A stretch of 64,000 bases of DNA, from the NCBI GenBank assembly GCA_963704885.1, contig CAVPIB010000004.1:416001-480000 (forward strand), written 5' to 3'. Shown piece by piece: positions 10,161-20,326 of the stretch. Made by a program: the position numbers and the translations under genes. Numbering within the stretch: the first letter of the stretch is position 1; each line of letters opens with the position of its first letter. The notes below the pieces were generated by a model. It was not told the DNA's origin, made no database searches, and saw only the letters and a list, made by a program, of their open reading frames with translations. Source of the DNA: an uncultured Actinomycetes bacterium. GTDB taxonomy: Bacteria; Actinomycetota; UBA4738; HRBIN12.

Positions 10161-10909
10161 TCCTGACCCAACAAGGGGTCGAGGCCCAAAGTGAGGCCCG
10201 GCCGCGACGCGACAGCCTTCACCGCCATAAGCACGCCCGGCATGAACGAGGTCCAGTCGCTGGAGTCGTGGCGGATCCGAAGCGTCTGTCCCTGTCCTCC
10301 AAGGATGACCTCCTGGTGTGCGACCAATCCCGGGAGCCGAACGGAGTGCACATGGATGCCGTCCACGTCCGCACCCCGCGCGCCAGACACCCTCTCTTCT
10401 CCTCTCTCGGCCCGCCCCGCTCCACGCGCCGCAGCCATCCGCCGCGCGGTCGCCATGGCCGTCCCCGACGGAGCATCGGGTTTGTCTTCGTGGTGGAGCT
10501 CGATCACCTCGGCGTCCGGCATGTACCGAACGGCCTCAGCGGCGAAGCGCTGCATCAGAACCGCTCCGATCGCGAAGTTGGGGGCGATGAAGACGCCGAC
10601 GTCGCGCTGTGCCTCCCACGCTGGGTCGGGCTCGAACCCGGTCGTGCCGCTGACCACGTGGATCTCCTGTCCGATGCACCAGGCGATGTTCTGGGGGGCG
10701 ACCGACCCGCGGGTGAACTCGACCGCGACCTCGACGTCTGCAGCAACTAGCGCCTCCATGTCCGCCGACAGCTCGATCCCCTCGACCACCGACCCCGCGT
10801 GCGAGGGATCGACAGCTGCGGCCAGCTGTAGGTCGGGATCGGCCGCTATCGCCCGGCAAGTCTGCCGACCCATGCGCCCGGCGGCGCCGACGACGCCGAC
10901 CCGGATCAC
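10157..10909 (-). CDS. dapB: 4-hydroxy-tetrahydrodipicolinate reductase
   Basis: GAAGRMG, GTTG, APNFAIG, ELHHEDKPDAPSGTA. Confidence 0.95.
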   Translation of the reverse strand: MIRVGVVGAAGRMGRQTCRAIAADPDLQLAAAVDPSHAGSVVEGIELSADMEALVAADVEVAVEFTRGSVAPQNIAWCIGQEIHVVSGTTGFEPDPAWEAQRDVGVFIAPNFAIGAVLMQRFAAEAVRYMPDAEVIELHHEDKPDAPSGTAMATARRMAAARGAGRAERGEERVSGARGADVDGIHVHSVRLPGLVAHQEVILGGQGQTLRIRHDSSDWTSFMPGVLMAVKAVASRPGLTLGLDPLLGQE

Positions 10910-12180
10910 GCCATGGCCTCCTTGAAGGCCCCGCCCGGGAACGGCCCCAGCACCGTGAGGGTCATCGGTTGCGACAGTACCCTCTCGGCCACTCGCCGCG
11001 CATCCTGCAGCGTCACATGCTCGATCCGCGAGAGTGTCTGACCCACCGTCAAGATCTCGCCGTGCGCTATCTCGGACTTGCCCAGCCGAGACATCCGCCC
11101 CCCCGGATCTTCGAGCGACAGCACCAGCGATCCTTTCACGTGACCCTTCGCCCGCTCGAACTCCTCCTCGGTGAGTCCACCCCCGGCGACGTCCGCGAGC
11201 TCGCGACGAAGGAGCCCGATCACTTCCTCCGCACGAGCGGGTGTGGTCCCCGCGTAGGTGGAGAAGATCCCGGCCTCCGTGTATTGCGAGTGATAGCTGT
11301 AGACCGAATAGGCCAGGCCCCGACGTTCGCGCACCTCCTGGAAGAGGCGGGATGACATCCCTCCGCCGAGCGCCGTGTTGACCACCAGGAATGCGAACCG
11401 GTCGGGATCGGAGCGTGCCAGCCCGTCGGTGCCGAGACAGATGTGCGCCTGCTCCGTCTTACGACGCCGGACGAGGCGCGTCCCGGAAGCGCGCGGCGGG
11501 TGCCCGGCCGCGCGCAGGTTCCAGGTGGAGATGGCGCCGTCCGGCAGAGGCCGCCCCGCATCCATGCGATCGACGAGCATGGCGAGCAGCTCCTCGTGCC
11601 GCAGGTTCCCCGCCGCTGCCACCACGAAGTTCCCTGGGACGTAGTGACGCTTGTAGAACCGGTGGACGGATCCACGCGTGGCGGCACCGATCGTCGCGGT
11701 CGTCCCCAGCACCGGACGCCCCAGCGGATGATCCGGCCACAGCGCCTCCGTGAAGACGTCATGGACCAGATCCTCCGGGGAATCCTCGTGCATGTTGATC
11801 TCTTCCAAGATCACCTGCCGCTCTCCATCCAGGTCGGCCGCGCGGATCAGCGAGTCCTGCAGCATGTCCGCCAGGTGATCGACCGCAAGCTCGAGGTCCC
11901 GGTCGCGCACGCGGGCGTAGTAGCAGGTGTATTCCTTCGAGGTGAACGCGTTGACGTCGCCACCCACCGCGTCGAACGCCTCGGCTATGTCCTGGGCCGA
12001 TCGCGTGGGCGTTCCCTTGAACAGGAGATGCTCCAGGAAATGACTAGAGCCGCTGATCCGAGGCGCCTCATCACGTGAGCCGGCCAGGACCCAGATGCCC
12101 AGCGACGCCGAACGCACGCCGGACATCCGCTCCGTGACGACGCGAAGGCCCGACGTGTATTCGGTTCGGCGGATGGTCAT
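10906..12180 (-). CDS. M16 (pitrilysin) family zinc peptidase
   Basis: HFLEHLLFKGT, NAFTSKE, SSRLFQEVRERRGLAYSV. Confidence 0.93.
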   Translation of the reverse strand: MTIRRTEYTSGLRVVTERMSGVRSASLGIWVLAGSRDEAPRISGSSHFLEHLLFKGTPTRSAQDIAEAFDAVGGDVNAFTSKEYTCYYARVRDRDLELAVDHLADMLQDSLIRAADLDGERQVILEEINMHEDSPEDLVHDVFTEALWPDHPLGRPVLGTTATIGAATRGSVHRFYKRHYVPGNFVVAAAGNLRHEELLAMLVDRMDAGRPLPDGAISTWNLRAAGHPPRASGTRLVRRRKTEQAHICLGTDGLARSDPDRFAFLVVNTALGGGMSSRLFQEVRERRGLAYSVYSYHSQYTEAGIFSTYAGTTPARAEEVIGLLRRELADVAGGGLTEEEFERAKGHVKGSLVLSLEDPGGRMSRLGKSEIAHGEILTVGQTLSRIEHVTLQDARRVAERVLSQPMTLTVLGPFPGGAFKEAMA

Positions 12181-12189
12181 CCGTGTGTG

Positions 12190-14511
12190 CTACTCCGCCG
12201 GGGGCGTGTTGCTGCTCTCGCCACCCTGGTCGCGGAAGCGCTTCCCGCGCGGCCGGTCGCCGCGGTTCCCGCCGCTGCGGTCACCACCGCCGCCTCGGTC
12301 ACCGCGGTCCTCACGGGGACGGCGCTCGCCGCCGCCACCGGTGTTCTCCGCGCCTTCCGGCACTTCCCACTCGGGACCGATCGGCTTGAGGCTGATCTTG
12401 CCCTGGGGGTCGATATCCTCGACCAGCACCGTCAGCTTGTCGCCCTCCTTGACGGCCTCCTCGACGCTGGACAGGCGCTTGCCGCGCCCCAGTTTCGAGA
12501 TGTGGACCAGTCCATCACGGCCGGGGACCAGGTTGACGAACGCGCCGAAGGTCGTGGTCTTCACCACGATCCCTTCGTAGGTCTCGCCGACCAGGACCGG
12601 ACGGGGGTTCGCGATCTCGTCGATCATGCGCGCTGCCTCATCGGCACCCTCGCCACCCGTGACGGAGCCGATGAACACGGTGCCGTCATCCTGGATGTCG
12701 ATGTCGGCGCCGGTGAGCGCGATGATCTCGTTGATCCTCTTGCCCTTCGGCCCGATCACCTCACCGATCTTCTCCACCGGGATCTGGATGGAGATGATTC
12801 GCGGCGCCTTCGAGTTGACCTCATCTCGCGGAGCCGGGATCGCTTCCTCGATAACGTCGAGGATCTTCAGCCGGGCCTCGCGTGCCTGCTTCAGGGCACC
12901 GGCCAGTACCTCGCCTGGGAGGCCGGTGACCTTCATGTCCAGCTGGATGGCCGTGACGAACTCACGCGTCCCGGCGACCTTGAAGTCCATGTCCCCCAAG
13001 GCATCCTCGGCACCCAGGATATCCGTGAGGGTAACGAAGGTCCCCTCGTCGGCGATCATGCCCATGGCGATGCCGGCCACCGGCGCCTTGATCGGAACGC
13101 CAGCATCCATCAGCGAGAGCGTCGATCCGCAGACCGACGCCATCGAGGTTGACCCGTTGGACGAAAGGACATCGCTCACCAGCCGCAGCGCGTAGGGGAA
13201 CTCCTCCTCCGTAGGGATCACCGGGACGAGGGCCCGCTCGGCGAGCGCCCCGTGGCCGATCTCGCGGCGGCGCGGTGAGCCGACGCGGCCCGTCTCGCCC
13301 GTGGAGTACGGCGGGAAGTTGTAGTGGTGCATGTACCGCTTCCCGTCCTCGAGGTCGAGCGTGTCGATCATCTGCGTCATCCGCAACATCCCGAGCGTCG
13401 AGATGTTGAGAACCTGGGTGTCGCCGCGGCTGAAGAGCGCCGATCCGTGCGCGCGTTTGAGCACGCCGACCTCGGCCGAGAGCGGCCGGATATCGGTGGG
13501 CGTGCGGCCGTCCAGCCGGATCCCCTCGTCGATCACGCGCCTGCGCATGACCTTCTTCTGGACCTGCTTCCAGGCGGCGCCGAACTCGCCCGCGCGCGCG
13601 GCAGCATCGTCGCCGAGCACGGATGCAAGGTGCTGCTTGGTCTCGAACTTCAACGCGTCGAGCTTCTCCTCGCGCTCGGCCTTGTCGGGAACGATCGCCT
13701 CGGCGAGCCGATCCTTGGCGAACGCGCTGACCGCCTCGTAGACGTCATCGCCGTAGAGCGGGCGAGGCTCCCACGACTGCTCCGTGACGCCGACCGCATC
13801 GACAAGTTCCTGTTGGAAGTCGATCAGCTCAGCGATCACGACCTTGGCGGCCTCGAGCCCCTCGGCGACCGTCTCTTCCGTTGGCGCCGTAGCACCCGTG
13901 GCAAGCAAAGCCCACGTGTTGTCGGGAGCCTCGCCTTCGATCATGAGGATGTCGATCACGCCGGAGTCGTTCCGGCGCCCGGCCACGACGACGTCGAACG
14001 TCGCCTCCTCGATCTCCTGGAACGTAGGGTTGATCACCCACTGACCGTCGATCAGCCCCATGCGGACGGAGCCGACCGGACCATCGAACGGAAGTCCGGC
14101 CAGGCAGGTTGCCACCGATGCCGCGTTCATCGCCGGGATGTCGTACGGGTTCTCGCCGTCCATCCCCAGCACGGTGATGACGACCTGGACCTCATCGCGA
14201 TAGCCCTCGCGGAACGTGGGGCGCAGCGGACGGTCGATCAGCCGGCAGGTGAGGACCGCCGTCTCGGACGGCCTTCCTTCGCGCCGGAAGAAACTGCCGG
14301 GGATCTTCCCCACTGCGTACATCCGCTCTTCGACGTCGATCGTGAGCGGGAAGAAATCGATCCCCTCGCGGGGGTTAGAGCTGACGCAGGTGCCGAGCAC
14401 CTGGGTCTCGCCGTACGTGACCATGACTGCTCCGTCGGCGAGCCGGGCCATCTTGCCCGACTCGAACGTCAAGGTCTGGTTCCCGATCTTTCGGGAAAGG
14501 GTGGTGGCCAT
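12190..14511 (-). CDS. pnp: Polyribonucleotide nucleotidyltransferase
   Basis: FFPLTID, RREIGHG, SNGSTSMASVCG, GDMDFKVAG, KH and S1 domains; GAGGAGG before ATG 14511. Confidence 0.97.
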   Translation of the reverse strand: MATTLSRKIGNQTLTFESGKMARLADGAVMVTYGETQVLGTCVSSNPREGIDFFPLTIDVEERMYAVGKIPGSFFRREGRPSETAVLTCRLIDRPLRPTFREGYRDEVQVVITVLGMDGENPYDIPAMNAASVATCLAGLPFDGPVGSVRMGLIDGQWVINPTFQEIEEATFDVVVAGRRNDSGVIDILMIEGEAPDNTWALLATGATAPTEETVAEGLEAAKVVIAELIDFQQELVDAVGVTEQSWEPRPLYGDDVYEAVSAFAKDRLAEAIVPDKAEREEKLDALKFETKQHLASVLGDDAAARAGEFGAAWKQVQKKVMRRRVIDEGIRLDGRTPTDIRPLSAEVGVLKRAHGSALFSRGDTQVLNISTLGMLRMTQMIDTLDLEDGKRYMHHYNFPPYSTGETGRVGSPRRREIGHGALAERALVPVIPTEEEFPYALRLVSDVLSSNGSTSMASVCGSTLSLMDAGVPIKAPVAGIAMGMIADEGTFVTLTDILGAEDALGDMDFKVAGTREFVTAIQLDMKVTGLPGEVLAGALKQAREARLKILDVIEEAIPAPRDEVNSKAPRIISIQIPVEKIGEVIGPKGKRINEIIALTGADIDIQDDGTVFIGSVTGGEGADEAARMIDEIANPRPVLVGETYEGIVVKTTTFGAFVNLVPGRDGLVHISKLGRGKRLSSVEEAVKEGDKLTVLVEDIDPQGKISLKPIGPEWEVPEGAENTGGGGERRPREDRGDRGGGGDRSGGNRGDRPRGKRFRDQGGESSNTPPAE

Positions 14512-14584
14512 GGGCCGTTTCCTCCTCATCTTTCGGCGGACCACGATGGTCCGCGGAACGGTTCGGTTCGGGAGGCGGCGGGCT

Positions 14585-14663
14585 GGCCAGTTGTCAGTGG
14601 TGGGCCTCCGCGCGCACGGCTCTTCTTCCGCGTGGCTCGGGGGCTCGCTACTGATAACCGACC
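14585..14663 (-). promoter_or_regulatory. Long imperfect stem in the pnp 5' leader, probable RNase III processing site
   Basis: GGCCAGTTGTCAGTGGTGGG is imperfectly complementary to CTCGCTACTGATAACCGACC; the position matches known rpsO-pnp leader stems. Confidence 0.5.
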
Positions 14664-14719
14664 GCAGGTTCCATCGCCTCCGGTGGATCAGTGGGTCGTT
14701 CGCATCACTCCCTCATGCT

Positions 14720-14744
14720 GAAGGCGCCCCCGAAGGGCGCCTTC
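14720..14744 (-). terminator. Hairpin immediately downstream of rpsO
   Basis: GAAGGCGCCC-ccgaa-GGGCGCCTTC, perfect 10-bp stem. Confidence 0.65.
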
Positions 14745-14747
14745 GGT

Positions 14748-15017
14748 CTATCGGCGGAGGCCGAGCTTGGCGATGATCTCGCGGTACCGCTCGATGTCTT
14801 CGCGCTTCAGGTAGTCCAAGAGCCGGCGTCGCTGGCCCACCATCTGCAGGAGGCCCCTCCGCGAGGCATGGTCCTGCTTGTGGGTCTTGAGGTGATCGGT
14901 AAGATCCGCGATCCGTCTGGTGAGGACCGCTATCTGCACCTCCGCGGAACCGGTGTCGCCCTGGGACCTGGCGTGCTCCCCGATGATCTGGGTCTTGTCG
15001 TCCTTGGTAAGTGACAT
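14748..15017 (-). CDS. rpsO: 30S ribosomal protein S15
   Basis: [25 protein letters not shown]. Confidence 0.98.
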   Translation of the reverse strand: MSLTKDDKTQIIGEHARSQGDTGSAEVQIAVLTRRIADLTDHLKTHKQDHASRRGLLQMVGQRRRLLDYLKREDIERYREIIAKLGLRR

Positions 15018-15055
15018 AGCTGGTCAAGGCTACCAAACGCCGCGTGGTGGGCGCG

Positions 15056-16126
15056 TCAGCGTAGCTCCGGGTGACCGGGCGCGGTGATGAAGGCCGGCAG
15101 AAGCCTGCCGATCACCCGGCCCTTGGGGGTCACCGTGACCTCGGCCACGGCCGTAGTCGACCCTTCTACCGAGAAGTTCGGCCACACGAAGTTGCCCAGG
15201 CTCCAGAAGATCGGACGCCCCTTGTAGACCGACATCGGCTGGAGCCGGTGCGAGTGGGCACCGAAGATCACGTCCGCTCCTGCGTCGACCAGCCGATGCC
15301 CTTCGGACACCTGGTAGTCGCGCGGCTGAGTGTCCAACTCCACGCCCCAATGGATGATGACGACGACGAGGTCTGCCACACGCTCAGCGGCCTTCACCGC
15401 CTTGATCATGAGCGAGAAATCGTGCCCGGCAGCGGTTCCCGGCTTGTTGGGGCCGGCGACCGCGTCGAGGGGATCGAGGACCTCGTCGAAGCCCAAGACG
15501 GCTATCGTCCAACCGCCCTCTTCGAACATGGCCGGCCTCAGAGCCTCCTCCTGGTCCTTGCCCGCTCCCACCGGGGAGATGCCGGCCCGCTCGAGGTTGC
15601 GACGACTGTCGACCACTCCCTGTGGCCCTCTGTCGTAGGCGTGATTGTTCGCCAGGCTCCCCACCTCTACGCCTGCGTTCCACATCGCTGGCAGCGCCGC
15701 GGGCGTCCCGTGGAAGCTGAACTCCTTGTCGAGCTGCTCGCCGTCATCCGTCACCGGGCACTCGATGTTCACGACCGTGAGATCGTCTCTGCGGAAAAGC
15801 CCGCCCAGGCCGGACCAGGCGTAGGCATATCCCTCGGAGGCATACGTGGCGATGTAGCCGGGATCCAAGCTCACATCTCCCGCGCCGTGGATGACGATCC
15901 TCTCCCGTTCGGCCGCCACGGCAGACGGCGTGGGAGCAACCGATGCCTCCGCGTCGAGCGTCGAGCTCGTCGAGGGCTGGAGGGTCGATCGATCGACCTC
16001 ATCGGACCCGGCGCCCGGCCAGGCCACGGCCACCGTGCCGACCACCGCGATAGCCAAGATCAGGGCCCAGAAGAACGGGAACCGGGCCTTGCCTGCGTGC
16101 CGGCCGCGCGACATCCGACGGGTCAT
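15056..16126 (-). CDS. CapA (PGA_cap) family metallophosphoesterase, membrane anchored
   Basis: GDV, NIECP, LANNHAYD, IHWGVE, GAHSH, SLGNFV. Confidence 0.9.
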   Translation of the reverse strand: MTRRMSRGRHAGKARFPFFWALILAIAVVGTVAVAWPGAGSDEVDRSTLQPSTSSTLDAEASVAPTPSAVAAERERIVIHGAGDVSLDPGYIATYASEGYAYAWSGLGGLFRRDDLTVVNIECPVTDDGEQLDKEFSFHGTPAALPAMWNAGVEVGSLANNHAYDRGPQGVVDSRRNLERAGISPVGAGKDQEEALRPAMFEEGGWTIAVLGFDEVLDPLDAVAGPNKPGTAAGHDFSLMIKAVKAAERVADLVVVIIHWGVELDTQPRDYQVSEGHRLVDAGADVIFGAHSHRLQPMSVYKGRPIFWSLGNFVWPNFSVEGSTTAVAEVTVTPKGRVIGRLLPAFITAPGHPELR

Positions 16127-17064
16127 CCTCTCTCGGTCGGTGGCACCAGGGTCCGCGTGCGCTCGACGTCGTCGGCGATGGCGGCAACGAGCGCGTCGAC
16201 GGAGTCGTACTTAACCTCATCTCGCAGGCGCGCCCAGAACTCGACGGCCAGGTCGGCGCCATGGAGCGAATCCTCCTCGAAGTCCAGCAGGAAGGCCTCG
16301 ACGTGGAGCGGCTCGGTACCGAACGTGGGGTTGGTACCGACGTCTATCGCCGCGAGGTACCGATCGGCGCGATGCTCCGCGACGCCCGCGTATATCCCCT
16401 GACCGGGCAGGAGGAGGCGGGGCCACGTCCGAAGGTTCGCGGTTGGGTAACCGAGGCCTTTGCCGCGGCCGTGGCCAGGGATCACCTCGCCGTCGAGCAC
16501 GAAGCGCCTACCGAGGGCCTGGAGCGGCCAGTCGAGGTCGCCCGCAGCAAGCGCCTCCCGAACCGACGAGGACGAGACGGTGCGGCCGGCGAGATCGATC
16601 AGCGCCACGCCTTCCGCCGACAACCCGTAGGGCTCGCCCAGGGCCGGCAGGTTCTCGACCGTGCCGAGCGCCCGATGCCCGAAGGTGAAGTTGGCCCCCA
16701 TCACGGCGTGGACGGCATGTAGACCGCCGACCAGCACATCTCGGACGAACATCTCGGCGGTCACGTGCGAGAACTGGGATGTGAAGGGCAACACGACCAG
16801 GATGTCCAACCCTGTCGCTTCCACCAGAGACGCCTTGCGAGCGACGGTCGTCAGCAGCCGTGGCTCGCTCCCAGGTCTCAGAACCTCACGCGGATGCCGA
16901 TCGAACGTGACGGCGACCGATCGGACGCCGCGCTCGCGGGCTGCCTCCACCGTCCGGGCGAGCACGGCCCGATGTCCCAGGTGGACACCGTCGAAGAATC
17001 CAACGGTCACCACGCACGGGTCATCGTCGAGCGGCAGAGCCTGGAGCCCATCCTCGATCCGCAT
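16123..17064 (-). CDS. ribF: Bifunctional riboflavin kinase/FAD synthetase
   Basis: GFFDGVHLGH, SSSVR, GYPTAN, GTNPTF. Confidence 0.96.
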   Translation of the reverse strand: MRIEDGLQALPLDDDPCVVTVGFFDGVHLGHRAVLARTVEAARERGVRSVAVTFDRHPREVLRPGSEPRLLTTVARKASLVEATGLDILVVLPFTSQFSHVTAEMFVRDVLVGGLHAVHAVMGANFTFGHRALGTVENLPALGEPYGLSAEGVALIDLAGRTVSSSSVREALAAGDLDWPLQALGRRFVLDGEVIPGHGRGKGLGYPTANLRTWPRLLLPGQGIYAGVAEHRADRYLAAIDVGTNPTFGTEPLHVEAFLLDFEEDSLHGADLAVEFWARLRDEVKYDSVDALVAAIADDVERTRTLVPPTERG

Positions 17065-17123
17065 CCCCGGAGGGTATCGAAGCTCTGCTCCCTTCAGGCC
17101 CCGACCCGCTACGGTGCACCCCT

Positions 17124-18056
17124 GTGGGTCGACGACACCTGCTCCCCAAGACCGTGATGGCGCTGGCCCTGGCGTATTCGCTCTTGGTCGCCTGCGGTCA
17201 CGAAGCTGTGCCGGGACAGACGACCGCGCTCGGGGATGACTCCATAACGGTCGCCTCGTTCGACTTCCCCGAGAGCCGTGTGTTGGCCGAGATCTACGCG
17301 CAGGTGCTGGAGGGACGCGGTTTCCGGGTGGAGCGTGCCCTTGGCATCGGACCGCGCGAGCTGGTCGCGCCCGCGCTTCAGCGGGGGCTGGTCGAGCTGG
17401 TCCCCGAGTACGCGGGAAGCGCTCTCACGTTCCTCGGCGGCTCCGCGACGAGCGACCAGACCGTCACCCACCAACGGTTGGTCGTCGCTCTCGGCTCCCG
17501 CGACCTGACCGCGCTGAGCCCGGCACCCGCCCAGGATCGCAATACCTTCGCGCTGCTGGCATCGACGGCCGAGGAGCTGGGCGTCCACACGCTCAGCGAC
17601 CTCGTTCCCCACGCCGGCGAGATCGCTTTCGGAGGTCCGACCGAATGCGAGCAGCGTGATCTTTGTCTCAAGGGACTCGAGAGGGTCTACGGCCTGCGCT
17701 TCAAGGAGTTCGTCCCCCTGGATGCGGGCGGCCCGCTGACGATCCAGGCGCTCCTGGGAGGCACGATCGGCGTGGGGCTGCTGTTCACGAGCGATCCGGC
17801 GATAGAAGGCGGCGATCTGGTCGAACTGGCGGACGACCTCGGCCTGCAGCCGGCCGAGAACGTCACGCCCGTGGTGTCGCGGCCAACGCTCGAGCGGTTC
17901 GGCTCCTCGTTCGCCGATGCCGTCAACGCGGTGTCGGCGCTGCTACGCACGTCGGATCTTCGCCGGATGAACGCGGCGCTCGCGTCCGGTCGATCTCCGT
18001 TCGCCGTGGCTCGGGCCTGGCTGCTGTCACGGGGTTTCGAGGTCACCTCCGGGTAG
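17124..18056 (+). CDS. Glycine betaine/osmoprotectant (OpuAC/OsmF-like) substrate-binding lipoprotein
   Basis: Lipobox LVAC, FPESRVLAEIYAQ, PEYAG, GLERVYG, PAENVTPV. Confidence 0.85.
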   Translation: MGRRHLLPKTVMALALAYSLLVACGHEAVPGQTTALGDDSITVASFDFPESRVLAEIYAQVLEGRGFRVERALGIGPRELVAPALQRGLVELVPEYAGSALTFLGGSATSDQTVTHQRLVVALGSRDLTALSPAPAQDRNTFALLASTAEELGVHTLSDLVPHAGEIAFGGPTECEQRDLCLKGLERVYGLRFKEFVPLDAGGPLTIQALLGGTIGVGLLFTSDPAIEGGDLVELADDLGLQPAENVTPVVSRPTLERFGSSFADAVNAVSALLRTSDLRRMNAALASGRSPFAVARAWLLSRGFEVTSG

Positions 18057-18086
18057 AGTCGGGCGGCTCACGGGAGTGGGGACACC

Positions 18087-19751
18087 ATGGACACCACCAG
18101 CTCGACCCAGGATCAACCGCAAGGGGCCCCGCGACGACGACCGAGCGGAGAACCTCCCCCGCTCCCACACCAACTGGGTCGCACGGGCAAGTTCTGGCTG
18201 TTCATGACGCTGTACTTCACGGCGACCGTGATCGGGGTGCTCCTATTCCCCTCCGTCGGCGATTTCTGGGATCGGTGGGATGCCGAGCAACAGCGACGGA
18301 TCGCGACACTGCGCACTGGTTGGCTCACCGATGCGATGCTGGTCGTGAACTGGTTGACGTCCCAATGGACGATCCGGATCCTCCGCTGGTCGACGATCCT
18401 CGTGCTGATCGCTTTCCGGAGGTGGCGACACCTATTCGTCTTCTTGGGGGCGATCATCTTTCTGGAGATCGCGGCCTACCAGATGACTTTGCTCATCGGG
18501 CGCCCCAGGCCGCTAGGCGTGACCATCCTCGCTCCCTGGACCGGCTTCGCGCTCCCATCTCGTCCGGTCGCCGGACTGGGAGTCACCTTGCTCGGGATCG
18601 CCTACGCGCTGATCCTTCCCGGCCGTCATCGCTACCGCGTGAAATGGATGATCGGCGTGATCCTGGCAGTCGTTGCCTTCGCTCGCATGTATCTGGGTGT
18701 GGATCAGCCCACGAGCGCCGCATTCGCAGCCGTCTTGGGGGTGGCGATCGGGCTGACAGCGTTCCGGTGGTTCACGCCGAACGACATCTTCCCGGTTAGC
18801 TACTCGCGCCGGAAGGCGGCGCACCTGGACGTCGGCGGCCGGCGGGGCGAGGCGATCGTGAGCGCGATCAAGGACCAGCTCGGTCTGGACGTCATCGCGG
18901 CCAAGCCGGTCGGTCTGGAAGCATCCGGCGGCTCCACTCCCCTCCGCCTGACGGTTGCGGCCACGGAGGATGATCCGCAGCGCTACGTCTTCGCCAAGCT
19001 CTACGCGCAGAGCCACGTGCGCGCGGACCGTTGGTACAAGCTCGGAAGAACGATCCTGTACGGAGCGCTCGAGGACGAGACTCCCTTCAAGACGGTCCGC
19101 CGCTTCGTGGAGTACGAGGACTACACGCTCCGGCTGATGTACGACGAGGGTCTGCCGGCGCCGAGGCCTTACGGCGTGGTCGAGATCACTCCCGAACGGG
19201 AGTACATGATCGTCATGGAGTTCTTCGAGGACTCCGTCGAGATCGGAGAGGCCGACGTGACTGATCACGTCGTGGACGAAGGGCTGCAGCTCATCCGAAG
19301 GATGTGGGACATCGGCTTGGCCCATCGCGACATCAAACCCGCGAACCTGATGGTCCAACGTGGTGAGTTGCGACTCATCGACGTGTTCTTCGTGCAGGTC
19401 CGGCCCTCTCCCTGGCGACAAGCGGTGGATCTGGCGAACATGATGATGGTGCTCGCCCTGCGGACCGACTCGGCTCGGGTTTACGCCCATGCGCTGGCTT
19501 ACTTCTCGCCCGAGGAGATCTCCGAGGCGTTCGCGGCGACCCGAGGCGTCGCCAGCCCGACCCAGCTCCGGACCTTGATGAAGCTGCAGGGCCGCGATCT
19601 GCTCGCGGAGTTCAGGGCTCTCGCCCCCCACAGAGCGCCGATCCGCATACAGAGGTGGAGCGTCCGCAGGATCGCGCTCACGCTCGGCGTCGGTCTCGCG
19701 GCTCTCTTCTCCCTGGCACTGGTCATGGGGAATTGGGCGGTCTTCACATGA
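18087..19751 (+). CDS. Membrane protein: N-terminal PAP2-like TM domain fused to a protein-kinase-like (RIO1/Kdo/APH-like) domain
   Basis: GRPRP, LPSRP, ARMYLGVD (degenerate PAP2); FAKLY, HRDIKPAN, LIDVF kinase-fold motifs. Confidence 0.75.
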   Translation: MDTTSSTQDQPQGAPRRRPSGEPPPLPHQLGRTGKFWLFMTLYFTATVIGVLLFPSVGDFWDRWDAEQQRRIATLRTGWLTDAMLVVNWLTSQWTIRILRWSTILVLIAFRRWRHLFVFLGAIIFLEIAAYQMTLLIGRPRPLGVTILAPWTGFALPSRPVAGLGVTLLGIAYALILPGRHRYRVKWMIGVILAVVAFARMYLGVDQPTSAAFAAVLGVAIGLTAFRWFTPNDIFPVSYSRRKAAHLDVGGRRGEAIVSAIKDQLGLDVIAAKPVGLEASGGSTPLRLTVAATEDDPQRYVFAKLYAQSHVRADRWYKLGRTILYGALEDETPFKTVRRFVEYEDYTLRLMYDEGLPAPRPYGVVEITPEREYMIVMEFFEDSVEIGEADVTDHVVDEGLQLIRRMWDIGLAHRDIKPANLMVQRGELRLIDVFFVQVRPSPWRQAVDLANMMMVLALRTDSARVYAHALAYFSPEEISEAFAATRGVASPTQLRTLMKLQGRDLLAEFRALAPHRAPIRIQRWSVRRIALTLGVGLAALFSLALVMGNWAVFT

Positions 19752-20326
19752 GCCGGACGGCCGCTGCCCGGCTCCTCGCTATGTCCCTGGCCGCATCGCT
19801 CCTCGCCGGATGCAGCAGCGCTGAGTACTCTTCCACCCTGTTCTGCACGAGCCGGAACAGCGTGTTCATACTGATCGCCCAGAGCGTTCCCTCGGCCACA
19901 CTGCTTCCGTGCATCGCAGAGCTCCCATCGGGTTGGAGCTACGGGGGATCACAGATCGCGAGCGACCTATCTCGCTTCTGGCTCGACTCCGACCGCGCCG
20001 GGATCCATGCGGTCGAGATCTCGCTACGAGCCTCCTGCGACACGACCGATGCCGTCGAGCAACAACCCGCATCGGATGAGCTGGGCACGACCGTCTATGT
20101 ACGGCCGGACACGCTTCGACCGGCCTACAACGGCGAGCGCATGCTCCTGTTCCCGGGAGGCTGCATCCTGTTCTCCTTCCGATTCTCGGAAGGCGCTTCC
20201 CCCGCGCTGACGATAGAGGCGATCGAAGCCGTGTCCCTGGTGCCCCGCGACGCCGTCGTGGAAGCCGTTAGCGAGGCGGCCGGGCTGACCCTCTGCGGCG
20301 CCGGCGCTCCGCCCTGTGCCGGATAG
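19748..20326 (+). CDS. Hypothetical lipoprotein
   Basis: ATGA overlap with the upstream stop; lipobox LAGC; several Cys; AQSVPSATLLPC. Confidence 0.7.
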   Translation: MSRTAAARLLAMSLAASLLAGCSSAEYSSTLFCTSRNSVFILIAQSVPSATLLPCIAELPSGWSYGGSQIASDLSRFWLDSDRAGIHAVEISLRASCDTTDAVEQQPASDELGTTVYVRPDTLRPAYNGERMLLFPGGCILFSFRFSEGASPALTIEAIEAVSLVPRDAVVEAVSEAAGLTLCGAGAPPCAG

